A stretch of 64,000 bases of DNA from Arcobacteraceae bacterium (GTDB lineage: Bacteria; Campylobacterota; Campylobacteria; Campylobacterales; Arcobacteraceae). The translations under genes and the position numbers were made by a program. Position 1 is the stretch's first letter. Each line of letters starts with the position of its first letter. Shown here piece by piece: positions 1 through 9,030 of the stretch. The stretch is from positions 96,001 to 160,000 of the forward strand of contig CBDCZH010000015.1 in NCBI GenBank assembly GCA_965224485.1, in the 5' to 3' direction. The notes below the pieces were generated by a model. That model saw only the letters and a list, made by a program, of their open reading frames with translations. It did no database searches and was not told where the DNA came from.

Positions 1-2055
1 AAATCAATGCTAGTTAATTCAATTTCAAACTCAAAATTAAGAGTTGGAAATTTTCCTGGTGTTACAGTTGAAAAGAAACAAATAAACTTTAAATATGAAG
101 GATATAAATTTATTGTAACTGATTTACCTGGTGCTTATTCATTAAATGATTATACTTTAGAAGAAAAAGTAACTAAGCAATACCTAGAAAACGAAGAGTA
201 TGATATTATTTTAAATGTTCTTGACTCCACAAATTTACAAAGAAACTTATATTTAACAAATGAATTATTAGCTCTAGAAGAAAAACTTGTAATTGCTTTA
301 AATATGAGTGATGAAGCAAGAGATGAAGGCATAATAATTGATTCAAAACATATGTCTGATATTTTAGGGGAGCCTTGTATTAAAACATCTGCTAAAGAGA
401 AAACTGGTATTAAACTTTTACTTCAAACACTTATTCAAAAACATGAAGGTAAAAAAATAAATTCAAAATTAGTTTATTCTACTGTTATAGAAGAAGAAAG
501 TAAGAAAATTATGAATTTTTTAGAAGAAAAAAAATATAAAAGTAAAATGTCATATAAAAAAATTGCTATTGAACTTTTAAAAGAAAATAAAAATGTTTAT
601 ACAAGTCTTAATAATGATCCAATTTTCATAGAACTCCAGATAATTCTAAGCAAATCATTAAACCATATTTATACACACTTTAATACTAAAGATGTTGAAG
701 ATATTTTTGCAGATGAAAGAAACTCTTTTGCAAGAGGAGTAGTAAAACAAACTCAGAAGAAAGAACATAATAAGAAAAAAGACTATACAGCTGTAATAGA
801 TTCAATACTTATACATAAATATTTTGGATTACCAATCTTTTTAATTTTTATGTGGTCATTATTTCAATTAACCTTTGAAATTGGAAGTATTCCTATGGAT
901 TATATTGATCAAGTATTTGCTTTATTAATTGATAAAACTAAAGAAGTATTAGGAGATAATGATATATCATCTATGATAGCAGATGGTGCAATTGCTGGCG
1001 TTGGAGCTGTAGTTTTATTTGTACCTAATATAATAATTTTATTTTTTGGTATTGCTTTACTTGAAACAACAGGATATATGAGTAGAGTTGCTTTTTTATT
1101 AGATGGAGTTTTTCATAAATTTGGCTTACATGGAAAATCTTTTATTCCTTTGGTTTCTGGATTTGGATGCTCTGTTCCTGCTTATATGGCTGCAAGAACT
1201 TTGAAAAATGAAAGAGATAGATTACTTACACTTTTTATAATTGGATTTATGTCTTGTGGAGCTAAACTTCCAATATTTGTTCTATTTATTGGTGCATTTT
1301 TTGCTCCTGAAGATGCTGGTAATATATTGTTTTTAATTTATATATCTGGTGCTTTATTTGGTTTATTAGCTGCAAAAGTTCTTAAAATTGTTGTTTTTAA
1401 AAATGAAGATGAACCTTTTGTAATGGAAATGCCTAAATATAGATTACCCTCATCAAAATTGATTTGGCATAGTGTTTCAGGATCAGCTTTAATGTATTTA
1501 AAAAAAGCTGGAACATATATTTTAGCTGCATCAATATTAATTTGGTTTGCAAGTAATTATCCTAAGCATTTAGAAATAGAAGAAGAGTTTAACCTTAAAA
1601 TAGAAAATATTTCTAGTGATATTAAAAAGCAAGAATTAAAAAACGAACTAGCTTTATATAATCTAGAAAATTCATATCTTGGGAAACTAGGGAAATTCTC
1701 AGAACCATTTTTTGCTCCCTTAGGTTATGATTGGAAAATGTCAGTTGCTTTAGAAACTGGACTAGCAGCAAAAGAAATTGTTGTAGCAACTTTAGGTATT
1801 CTATATGGACTAGGAGAAGATAATGATGAAACAAGTGATTCTTTAATTCAAAAAATTAAAACAGCTATCCCTTTCGCATCAGCAATATCATTTTTAGTAT
1901 TTTCTATGATATATTTACCTTGCCTTGCAGCATCTATGGTATTTGCAAAAGAAGCAGGTGGATTTAAGTACTTAGCTTATTTATTTGTATTTACAACAGT
2001 AACGGCTTGGAGTTTTGCTTATATTGCGTATAACGTAACATTAGCTTTAACATAA
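1..2055 (+). CDS. feoB: Ferrous iron transporter FeoB (5'-truncated by the window edge)
   Basis: Frame is open from base 1 (KSML..., end of the G1 P-loop); GNFPGVTVEKK (G2), DLPG (G3), NMSD (G4); multi-TM C-terminus with GFGCSVPA and FVMEMPKY motifs. Confidence 0.97.
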   Translation, partial: KSMLVNSISNSKLRVGNFPGVTVEKKQINFKYEGYKFIVTDLPGAYSLNDYTLEEKVTKQYLENEEYDIILNVLDSTNLQRNLYLTNELLALEEKLVIALNMSDEARDEGIIIDSKHMSDILGEPCIKTSAKEKTGIKLLLQTLIQKHEGKKINSKLVYSTVIEEESKKIMNFLEEKKYKSKMSYKKIAIELLKENKNVYTSLNNDPIFIELQIILSKSLNHIYTHFNTKDVEDIFADERNSFARGVVKQTQKKEHNKKKDYTAVIDSILIHKYFGLPIFLIFMWSLFQLTFEIGSIPMDYIDQVFALLIDKTKEVLGDNDISSMIADGAIAGVGAVVLFVPNIIILFFGIALLETTGYMSRVAFLLDGVFHKFGLHGKSFIPLVSGFGCSVPAYMAARTLKNERDRLLTLFIIGFMSCGAKLPIFVLFIGAFFAPEDAGNILFLIYISGALFGLLAAKVLKIVVFKNEDEPFVMEMPKYRLPSSKLIWHSVSGSALMYLKKAGTYILAASILIWFASNYPKHLEIEEEFNLKIENISSDIKKQELKNELALYNLENSYLGKLGKFSEPFFAPLGYDWKMSVALETGLAAKEIVVATLGILYGLGEDNDETSDSLIQKIKTAIPFASAISFLVFSMIYLPCLAASMVFAKEAGGFKYLAYLFVFTTVTAWSFAYIAYNVTLALT

Positions 2056-2060
2056 AAAAA

Positions 2061-2095
2061 ATATATAAGATATGAATTTTTCATATCTTATATAT
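2061..2095. terminator. Inverted repeat between convergent feoB and fur, probable bidirectional terminator
   Basis: Perfect 16-bp arms ATATATAAGATATGAA / TTCATATCTTATATAT, 3-nt loop, A-run on the left. Confidence 0.7.
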
Positions 2096-2106
2096 GTATA
2101 ATTAAT

Positions 2107-2553
2107 TTATTGACAAGATGAGCAAATACCATATATTGTCATAGTATGGTCTTTTAACTCAAAATTATTCTCTTTAGCAACTTTAAGCTGTTGATCTTCT
2201 ATTAAATCATCAGTAAACTCAAAAATTTTATGACAAGCTGTACAAATAAGGTGATCATGATGTAAAGAAAGATTAAGCTCATATCTTTTAACTCCATCAC
2301 CTACATCTAAAGAATCAATTATATTCATCTCTTCAAAAAATTTCATTGTTCTATATACTGTTGCAATTCCTATATCAACTTTATACTCTTTTTTAGCAGT
2401 GCTTACAATTTGTTCTGCACTTAAGTGATCATTTGAATAATATAATATTTTAAGAATGTAATCTTTTTGTATAGAATTCTTAAACCCAATTTTTGTTGCA
2501 TGTTCTTTAAAATTTTTTAAAAATTTATCAAAACTTATTTCATAGTTGTTCAC
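2107..2553 (-). CDS. fur: Fur-family transcriptional regulator
   Basis: HLSAEQI, IGIATVYRT helix, HHDHLIC, CTAC and C-terminal CSSC; GTG start after a GGAG RBS. May be a Fur paralogue rather than the main Fur. Confidence 0.85.
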   Translation of the reverse strand: MNNYEISFDKFLKNFKEHATKIGFKNSIQKDYILKILYYSNDHLSAEQIVSTAKKEYKVDIGIATVYRTMKFFEEMNIIDSLDVGDGVKRYELNLSLHHDHLICTACHKIFEFTDDLIEDQQLKVAKENNFELKDHTMTIYGICSSCQ

Positions 2554-2656
2554 TATTTGACTCCTTTAGCTATTGTTATAAGCACATTAAATATTTAAAA
2601 AGAATCATATCTAAAAAATTACGCAAAAGCTGTAATTCTGACACTCTTTATCATTT

Positions 2657-2675
2657 AATATTAAGAATCATTATT
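2657..2675. promoter_or_regulatory. Fur-box-like site 1
   Basis: AATATTAAGAATCATTATT, 14/19 match to GATAATGATAATCATTATC; the AT-rich background lowers its specificity. Confidence 0.45.
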
Positions 2676-2700
2676 CTACATAATCTTTACTTAACTAAAT

Positions 2701-2719
2701 ATTAATGATAACAATTATC
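2701..2719. promoter_or_regulatory. Fur-box-like site 2
   Basis: ATTAATGATAACAATTATC, 15/19 match to the Fur consensus, in the divergent region upstream of fur. Confidence 0.55.
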
Positions 2720-2785
2720 GTTCTAATTTACATTTAAGAAAATTTTTAGTATTATTTGATATTTATTATCAAAACAAGGAAGAAA

Positions 2786-3169
2786 ATGATTGGATTAGCC
2801 TTAATAGGAACTCTTGCTAGAAATGCAGTAGTTGGTGCTATCATAACAAAAACAATTGATACACTTTTAGTATCAAGAATAAACAGAAATTTTGAAGAAA
2901 AAAAATGGATTAGAGATAAAAAACTTGATTTATTTGCAAATTTGTCAGAAGAATTATTAATTTTAGATAATAATAACTTACAAAATAGTTTAAGAAATAT
3001 TAAAAGATCTTTTGCTAGACTTATTCTACTTTTAGATGACAAGAAAATCATTAATGAAATTGATTCATATGTTCAAACAATAAACTCTTTAGAAATAGAT
3101 GATAGACAAATAAATAAAATTAGTTTAGAATTAATTTATAAACTAAATAATAATATTAGAAAAGCTTAG
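2786..3169 (+). CDS. Hypothetical protein with N-terminal hydrophobic segment
   Basis: ATG at 2786 follows an AAGGA RBS (ORF track starts at 2756); MIGLALIGTLARNAVVGAII then a helical region. Confidence 0.7.
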   Translation: MIGLALIGTLARNAVVGAIITKTIDTLLVSRINRNFEEKKWIRDKKLDLFANLSEELLILDNNNLQNSLRNIKRSFARLILLLDDKKIINEIDSYVQTINSLEIDDRQINKISLELIYKLNNNIRKA

Positions 3170-3171
3170 AT

Positions 3172-3513
3172 TTATTGTATTTCAAACTCAGTTAAATAGG
3201 TAGCTTCCTTATCAATAACTTTAAAAGTCCATATGCCTTTCTCTCGCCCAGATAAATATCTAAGATCATAAATTGAACCATGACCTTTTGCTAAAAGAAC
3301 TTCTCTTTGTCTTGAAACTTCACCCTGTGGATTTATCCAAATAAACTCAATAAATCTATCTTCTTGGGATCTTGTTTGCTCATACTTACAAATAATAGAA
3401 TTTTCTTTCTCTAAAACTAAACAATCTATCTTTTTTATATCCCCAGTTAATTCAGAAGAGAATAAAAAAGTATTAAATAATAAAACTATAAAAAATATTT
3501 TATTCATCTTCAT
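3172..3513 (-). CDS. Secreted hypothetical protein, probable beta-sandwich fold
   Basis: Signal peptide; WINPQG...GIWTFKV pattern; overlaps the upstream gene in an operon. Confidence 0.75.
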   Translation of the reverse strand: MKMNKIFFIVLLFNTFLFSSELTGDIKKIDCLVLEKENSIICKYEQTRSQEDRFIEFIWINPQGEVSRQREVLLAKGHGSIYDLRYLSGREKGIWTFKVIDKEATYLTEFEIQ

Positions 3514-3712
3514 CCTTTATTTCCATATATTTTAACAAAAAATATTTTAAAGGAGAATAAAATGTAGTAAAAAATAATATTGCTAGTATTAATTGTGATA
3601 TTTTTTCCCAAGAAGTATCTTCAAAAAAATACTTTGAGAAATAATATGAAATAACAAAAGATAAAAAAGCAGTTAATAGTAAAGATATAAGAGATACAAT
3701 ATTATAATTCAT
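3500..3712 (-). CDS. Small two-TM membrane protein
   Basis: Two hydrophobic helices; overlaps both neighbours. Confidence 0.7.
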   Translation of the reverse strand: MNYNIVSLISLLLTAFLSFVISYYFSKYFFEDTSWEKISQLILAILFFTTFYSPLKYFLLKYMEIKDEDE

Positions 3713-4439
3713 ATTTCTTCCATATAACTTCTTCGCTTATTTTAGCTCTGTTTTTCATAACTTCAAAAGGTTTATATGAAAGTTTATAGCCCATTGAAGG
3801 GTGGTCTTTTATCCAATAACCTAAATATATATAATCTATTTTTAACTCTTTTGCTATTTTTATTTGCGCTAAGATAGAATATTTACCAAGTGATAATTCT
3901 TCATAATCATGATCATAAAAACAGTAAATTGAAGATAATGTTTTTGGTAAAACATCAGTAAGTGCAACAGCTACTAATTTATCATCTATCATATATAAAA
4001 ACTCTTTAGCATAAGACTCTTTACCTTCACAATAAGATCTTGAATATTCAATTGGTTCAATAGCAGTATGCTTCCAACCTTTTTTAATACTCATTCTTTC
4101 ATGATATTTATCATACAGTTTTAAATGATCTAGGGTTAAACTAGGAGCTTGAATATATAGTTTGGTATTTTTATTTTTTGCTAATACTCTTTTTTCAGAT
4201 TTAGAAAACTTGTAATTTTTAACATCAATTCTCATTGAAATACATTTAGTACAATTCTTACACTCAGGGACAAAGTGCATTTTTCCAAATCTTCTCCAAC
4301 CTCGCTCTAGCATTTTTTGATACTCAGACGCTGGACAAGAGTGCATATACTTATATCTTATATCTGATATTTCATTGTCAAAATATGAACAATCTTTTTT
4401 TTCTTCAAGAAATTCAATATTTTCTTCAACTAACTGCAT
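3702..4439 (-). CDS. ate: Arginyl-tRNA-protein transferase family (ATE/Bpt)
   Basis: CSYF, GWRRFG, CKNC..C..MRI, SSIYCFYD..SLGKY, YIYLGYWI..MGYK motifs. Confidence 0.92.
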   Translation of the reverse strand: MQLVEENIEFLEEKKDCSYFDNEISDIRYKYMHSCPASEYQKMLERGWRRFGKMHFVPECKNCTKCISMRIDVKNYKFSKSEKRVLAKNKNTKLYIQAPSLTLDHLKLYDKYHERMSIKKGWKHTAIEPIEYSRSYCEGKESYAKEFLYMIDDKLVAVALTDVLPKTLSSIYCFYDHDYEELSLGKYSILAQIKIAKELKIDYIYLGYWIKDHPSMGYKLSYKPFEVMKNRAKISEEVIWKKYEL

Positions 4440-4441
4440 TT

Positions 4442-5182
4442 TTACTCATTAATTTTTTGTTTTATTTCTTTAGCTTTTGAAGAAATACGCTGTATTTTTT
4501 CGCTAAAAGATAAACTATCATCAATCATATGTTTTACAAAAGCAGAACCTACAATAACTCCATCTACCCCTTTTACTTTCTCTTTACAAGTTTTTTCATC
4601 AACTCCAAAACCAATATATAAAGGTGTATTAGAGTATTTTTTCACTGTTTTAATAATATTAGTTAAATCTTCACTCTTAGCACTTCCCGTTATTCCAGCA
4701 TATGCAACTAAATATATAAACTCACTTGCATTAGCTACAACTTTTTTAATTCTATTTTCATTATGCGTTGGAGCTACAAAAGATATTATGCTTTGATTAT
4801 ATTTTTTAGCTAGTTTATTATAAACATTAGCTTCTTCATAAGGAAGATCAGGAATTATTGAACCTTTAATTCCGTATTCTTGAGCTTTTTTAAAAAAATT
4901 CTCTACTCCATAATGGTAAAAAGGATTCATATATCCCATCCATAAAGTATTCATTTCTTTCGCTATTATTTCACTAACTTCAAATAAGTCTTTTAACTTA
5001 AACCCATTTTTTAAAGCTTCTAAGTTTGCTTTTTCAATAACTGGCCCATCTGCAACAGGGTCTGAAAATGGTATTCCTAATTCTAAAGTATCTACACCTG
5101 CTTCTTTTAAAGACAAGGCTAAATCAATAGTAAAATTATTTTGTGGATATGAAGAAGTTATATATGCTACTAGTTTTTTCAA
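4442..5182 (-). CDS. trpA: Tryptophan synthase alpha chain
   Basis: LELGIPFSDPVADGPVI, GYMNP, GITG, GFGV, DGVIVGSAFV. Confidence 0.97.
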   Translation of the reverse strand: MKKLVAYITSSYPQNNFTIDLALSLKEAGVDTLELGIPFSDPVADGPVIEKANLEALKNGFKLKDLFEVSEIIAKEMNTLWMGYMNPFYHYGVENFFKKAQEYGIKGSIIPDLPYEEANVYNKLAKKYNQSIISFVAPTHNENRIKKVVANASEFIYLVAYAGITGSAKSEDLTNIIKTVKKYSNTPLYIGFGVDEKTCKEKVKGVDGVIVGSAFVKHMIDDSLSFSEKIQRISSKAKEIKQKINE

Positions 5183-5309
5183 AATAAATCCTATTTGTAT
5201 ATTTAAATTATAATAACATATTCTTTGTAAGGGTTTGCGTAAAAAGCAAATGAAATATTTAATATTTTAGATATAATCATCTTAATTACAAACAAGGTAA
5301 ATTAAGACT

Positions 5310-6119
5310 ATGAGTATAATTAATGAAAAATTTGTATCTATGAATATAGACAAAATCAAGAAAGCCAAAAATGCGTATAAACTAACAATGATTACAGCAT
5401 ATGATGCACTATTTGCAAAACTTTTTGAAGAACATGCAGATATGATTTTAGTAGGAGATAGTTTAAATATGTCTTTTGCTGGTAAAAAAGATACTCTTGG
5501 TGCCACTTTAGATCAAATGATTTATCATACAAAAGCAGTTTGCACAGGTGCTTCAAAATCTTTTATTATTTTAGATATGCCTTTTGGAACATATAATAAT
5601 AAAGATGAAGCTCTAAAAAATGCTGTAAAAGTTTATCAAGAGTGTAATGCTAATGCTATCAAAATTGAAGGTGGAGAAAATAAGGCTTCTATAATTGAGC
5701 ATTTAACTTCAAACTCTATTGCAGTGATGGGACATATTGGTCTTATGCCTCAATTTGTAAGAGCTCATGGTTCATACAAAGTTAGAGGAAAAACACCTGA
5801 GGATATAAAACAATTAGTTAAAGATGCTCTAGCAGTTCAAAAAGCAGGTGCTTTTGCTCTTGTTCTTGAAGGTGTTAAAACACAAGCAGCAATAGAAGTT
5901 ACAAAAGCAGTTGATATTCCTGTAATTGGAATAGGAGCTTCTAATGTAACAGATGGACAAGTATTAGTATTTTCTGATATGTTAGGCTTATTTGAAGATT
6001 TTAAACCTAAATTTGTAAGACATTATTTAGATGGGGCTTCATTAGTAAAAAAAGCTGTAAAGCAGTATAAAAATGATGTACAAGATAAATCATTTCCATC
6101 ACAAAATGAGGAATACTAA
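5310..6119 (+). CDS. panB: 3-methyl-2-oxobutanoate hydroxymethyltransferase
   Basis: MITAYD, ILVGDS, DMPFG, KIEGG, GHIGLMPQ, GIGA..DGQVLV. Confidence 0.97.
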   Translation: MSIINEKFVSMNIDKIKKAKNAYKLTMITAYDALFAKLFEEHADMILVGDSLNMSFAGKKDTLGATLDQMIYHTKAVCTGASKSFIILDMPFGTYNNKDEALKNAVKVYQECNANAIKIEGGENKASIIEHLTSNSIAVMGHIGLMPQFVRAHGSYKVRGKTPEDIKQLVKDALAVQKAGAFALVLEGVKTQAAIEVTKAVDIPVIGIGASNVTDGQVLVFSDMLGLFEDFKPKFVRHYLDGASLVKKAVKQYKNDVQDKSFPSQNEEY

Positions 6120-6125
6120 ATAATT

Positions 6126-7142
6126 ATGGAAAGAATCGTTGAAGTTGAACAAATATCTTTTGAAGAAGAAAATGTTGAAGTTACTCTAAGACCAACATCT
6201 TGGGACGACTATATTGGACAAGAAAAAATAAAAAAAAATTTAGGTGTTTTTATTGAAGCATCTAAAAAAAGAGCTGAAGCCTTAGACCATATTCTTTTTT
6301 ATGGACCTCCTGGACTTGGAAAAACAACTTTAGCATATTTAATCTCAAATGAAATGAATACAAACATAAGAATTACAGCAGGTCCCATGATTGAAAAAGC
6401 AGGAGATTTAGCTGCTATTTTAACAAACCTAGAAGAAGGCGATATTTTATTTATTGATGAAATTCATAGACTAAGTCCTGCGGTTGAAGAGATTTTATAT
6501 CCAGCGATGGAAGATTATAGACTTGATATTATAATAGGAAGTGGGCCAGCTGCTCAAACTGTTAAAATTGACTTACCAAGGTTTACTTTAATAGGAGCAA
6601 CAACAAGAGCTGGAATGTTATCAAATCCTTTACGTGAGCGATTTGGAATGCATTTTAGAATGCAATTTTATAAAAACGAAGATTTAGCAAAAATAGTGAA
6701 AATTGCTTCAATTAAATTAGATAAATCTTGTGAAGATAGTGCTACTTACGAAATTGCAAGAAGAAGTAGAGGAACACCTAGAATTGCTTTGCGATTATTA
6801 AAAAGAGTAAGAGATTTTGCAGAAGTTGCAAATGAAGATAAGATATTATTAAAAAGATGTACTTATGCTTTAAATGAACTAGGAGTTAATGAAACTGGTT
6901 TTGATGAAATGGATATAAACTTACTTAAGCTTTTAGTTGCAAATAAAGGGAAGCCTATGGGTTTAGCCACTATTGCTGCTGCTTTAAGTGAAGATGAGGG
7001 AACTATTGAAGATGCTATTGAGCCATATTTACTTGCAAATGCGTATATTGAAAGAACAGCTAGAGGAAGAATTGCTAGTCTGAAAACATATACACTATTT
7101 AATTTACCTTATCCAAGTGAAGAAAAAGGAATAATTCTTTGA
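6126..7142 (+). CDS. ruvB: Holliday junction branch-migration helicase RuvB
   Basis: LRP...[42 protein letters not shown]. Confidence 0.98.
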   Translation: MERIVEVEQISFEEENVEVTLRPTSWDDYIGQEKIKKNLGVFIEASKKRAEALDHILFYGPPGLGKTTLAYLISNEMNTNIRITAGPMIEKAGDLAAILTNLEEGDILFIDEIHRLSPAVEEILYPAMEDYRLDIIIGSGPAAQTVKIDLPRFTLIGATTRAGMLSNPLRERFGMHFRMQFYKNEDLAKIVKIASIKLDKSCEDSATYEIARRSRGTPRIALRLLKRVRDFAEVANEDKILLKRCTYALNELGVNETGFDEMDINLLKLLVANKGKPMGLATIAAALSEDEGTIEDAIEPYLLANAYIERTARGRIASLKTYTLFNLPYPSEEKGIIL

Positions 7143-8215
7143 AACCACAATATTTTTTAATAATTCTTGCATCTATTACTTTATTTTTTTTATTTGAACT
7201 TTTTAATCCTTTTTTAAAAGCGATTATTGTTGCTAGTTTATTAGCAATAGCAACAAATTCTTTTAACAATTATTTATATAAAAGAATATCTAGTCGTTTT
7301 TTCTCATCTTTTATCATGACAATAATATTAACAGCTTTATTTTTTATACCAATTTTATACTGTATCTTTTCCCTAGCTACATTAATTAATAAAATTGATC
7401 AAGAAGCTTTAATAAATATAATAGCAATAATACAATCTTGGGTTAAACATTTACCTGATGATTTATTACTTATAAAAGGGCAGTTACAAGATACTTTGGG
7501 AAAAGTTGATATTCCTTCATTTATTCAAAATTTATTATCTTATGCGGCTGCTTTGGGTAAGAATTCTGCTAAGTTTATTATAGATATTATTATGATTTTA
7601 ATATTTTATTTTTTCTTTAACTATTATGCAAGTTCTTTATCACATTATTTAAAAGAGGCTCTTCCTTTAAAAAAAGAAGATTCAAATACTTTATTTAATG
7701 AATCATCAAATGTTATGAGTATTGTTTTATACTCTATTTTAGCAACAGCTATTTTAGAAGGTTTATTATTTGGAATATTTATGAGTTTTTTCTCTTATGA
7801 TGGGATTTTACTTGGAGTATTATATGGTTTTGCTTCTTTAATTCCAGTTGTAGGTGGTATTATTATGTGGCTTCCTCTTGCAATTTATGAAGCTTTTACA
7901 GGAACTAGTACAAATGCTTTTATTATTGCCATTTATTCAATAGTAGTTATTTCTATAATTGCAGATACTTTTGTAAAACCAATTATAATTAAATTCATAA
8001 ATAAAAAAATAGTAAAAACACCTACAAAAATAAATGAACTTTTAATTTTCTTTGCAATAATAGCTGGACTTTCTACTTTTGGATTTTGGGGAATGATTAT
8101 AGGACCTGCAATGGTTACTTTTTTTATCTCAATTATTTCACTTCTTAAGAATTATTCAAATGAATTATCTACTAGTGATTTTTATAAACAAGTTAAGAAT
8201 AAAGAGGAAGAGTAG
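7139..8215 (+). CDS. AI-2E family transporter
   Basis: Multi-TM protein with LIPVVG, DTFVKP and [10 protein letters not shown]; 4-nt overlap with ruvB. Confidence 0.9.
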   Translation: MKPQYFLIILASITLFFLFELFNPFLKAIIVASLLAIATNSFNNYLYKRISSRFFSSFIMTIILTALFFIPILYCIFSLATLINKIDQEALINIIAIIQSWVKHLPDDLLLIKGQLQDTLGKVDIPSFIQNLLSYAAALGKNSAKFIIDIIMILIFYFFFNYYASSLSHYLKEALPLKKEDSNTLFNESSNVMSIVLYSILATAILEGLLFGIFMSFFSYDGILLGVLYGFASLIPVVGGIIMWLPLAIYEAFTGTSTNAFIIAIYSIVVISIIADTFVKPIIIKFINKKIVKTPTKINELLIFFAIIAGLSTFGFWGMIIGPAMVTFFISIISLLKNYSNELSTSDFYKQVKNKEEE

Positions 8216-8280
8216 TTAAGAGTAGTTTATAAGTTTATAGTTTAGAATAGTTAATGGTTTATGGTTTATAGTAGTTAATA
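8211..8280 (+). repeat. Degenerate heptamer tandem repeat (AGTTTAT/GGTTTAT/AGTTAAT)
   Basis: C-free ~70-nt stretch built from related 7-mers, directly after the stop codon. Confidence 0.55.
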
Positions 8281-8286
8281 TAATTC

Positions 8287-8321
8287 TAAGCTTCGCTATA
8301 AAATATTTATATCGAAGCTTA
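8287..8321. terminator. Inverted repeat between convergent genes
   Basis: TAAGCTTCG-c-TATAAA ... TTTATA-t-CGAAGCTTA. Confidence 0.7.
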
Positions 8322-8327
8322 TCGTAT

Positions 8328-8975
8328 TTATTTTAAAGTAGAAATATAATCAGCTAATAGTTTAATTTCAGTAGCACTTAAAGAAGAGACTTGACTTTTC
8401 ATTAAACCTTTCATCATTCCACCATAAGTATCATTTTTATAACCATTTAAAGCCTTAGCAAGCTTTGAAGATGACCAGTTTTGTATAACTTGTGATTTGT
8501 TCAAAGCAGATTTTTCAGCTTTTTGACCATGACAGCCTGCACATTTCATATATAGTTGTTTTGCATCAATATTTAAAGAAGCTTCTTCTTTTTTCTTTTG
8601 CATTATTACATCAACAGCTGAAGTTATTTTCTTTCCTACTTCTGCACTAACACTTTTACTTACCTCTTTTACCGAAGTCAAGCTTTTTTGGGCAATTACA
8701 GAGCTTTTTTCTTTCATATCTTCAATAACTTCTTTTGATGAAGAAGAAATATCTTTTGCTAATACAGCGGCTTTATCAATAGTTTTACTTGCACTTAACT
8801 TAAGTTTTGATGCAACCTCATCAATAACTTGCTCTTTACTTGGTTTCTCTTCTGTAATAACTACACTCTGCTTTGTTTTAACTGTTGTAACATCTTCTTC
8901 TATAACTTTTTTATCTTCGCCACAGGCTGAAAAAACAACAGCCACAAAAAGTAAGGCACTTAAAAACTTAAACAT
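8328..8975 (-). CDS. Lipoprotein with C-terminal class I (c553-like) cytochrome c domain
   Basis: Lipobox FSAC; long Lys/Ser/Glu-rich linker; CAGCH heme motif and distal Met region GGMMKGLM. Confidence 0.88.
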   Translation of the reverse strand: MFKFLSALLFVAVVFSACGEDKKVIEEDVTTVKTKQSVVITEEKPSKEQVIDEVASKLKLSASKTIDKAAVLAKDISSSSKEVIEDMKEKSSVIAQKSLTSVKEVSKSVSAEVGKKITSAVDVIMQKKKEEASLNIDAKQLYMKCAGCHGQKAEKSALNKSQVIQNWSSSKLAKALNGYKNDTYGGMMKGLMKSQVSSLSATEIKLLADYISTLK

Positions 8976-9030
8976 AAATTTTCCTTTTAAATAATTTTAA
9001 ACATTATATATAATATTTTTTATATTAGTA

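Noticed and set aside
4442..5182. trpA without neighbouring trp genes as a sign of pathway decay
   Set aside because: The gene is intact, and dispersed trp genes are ordinary in this group.
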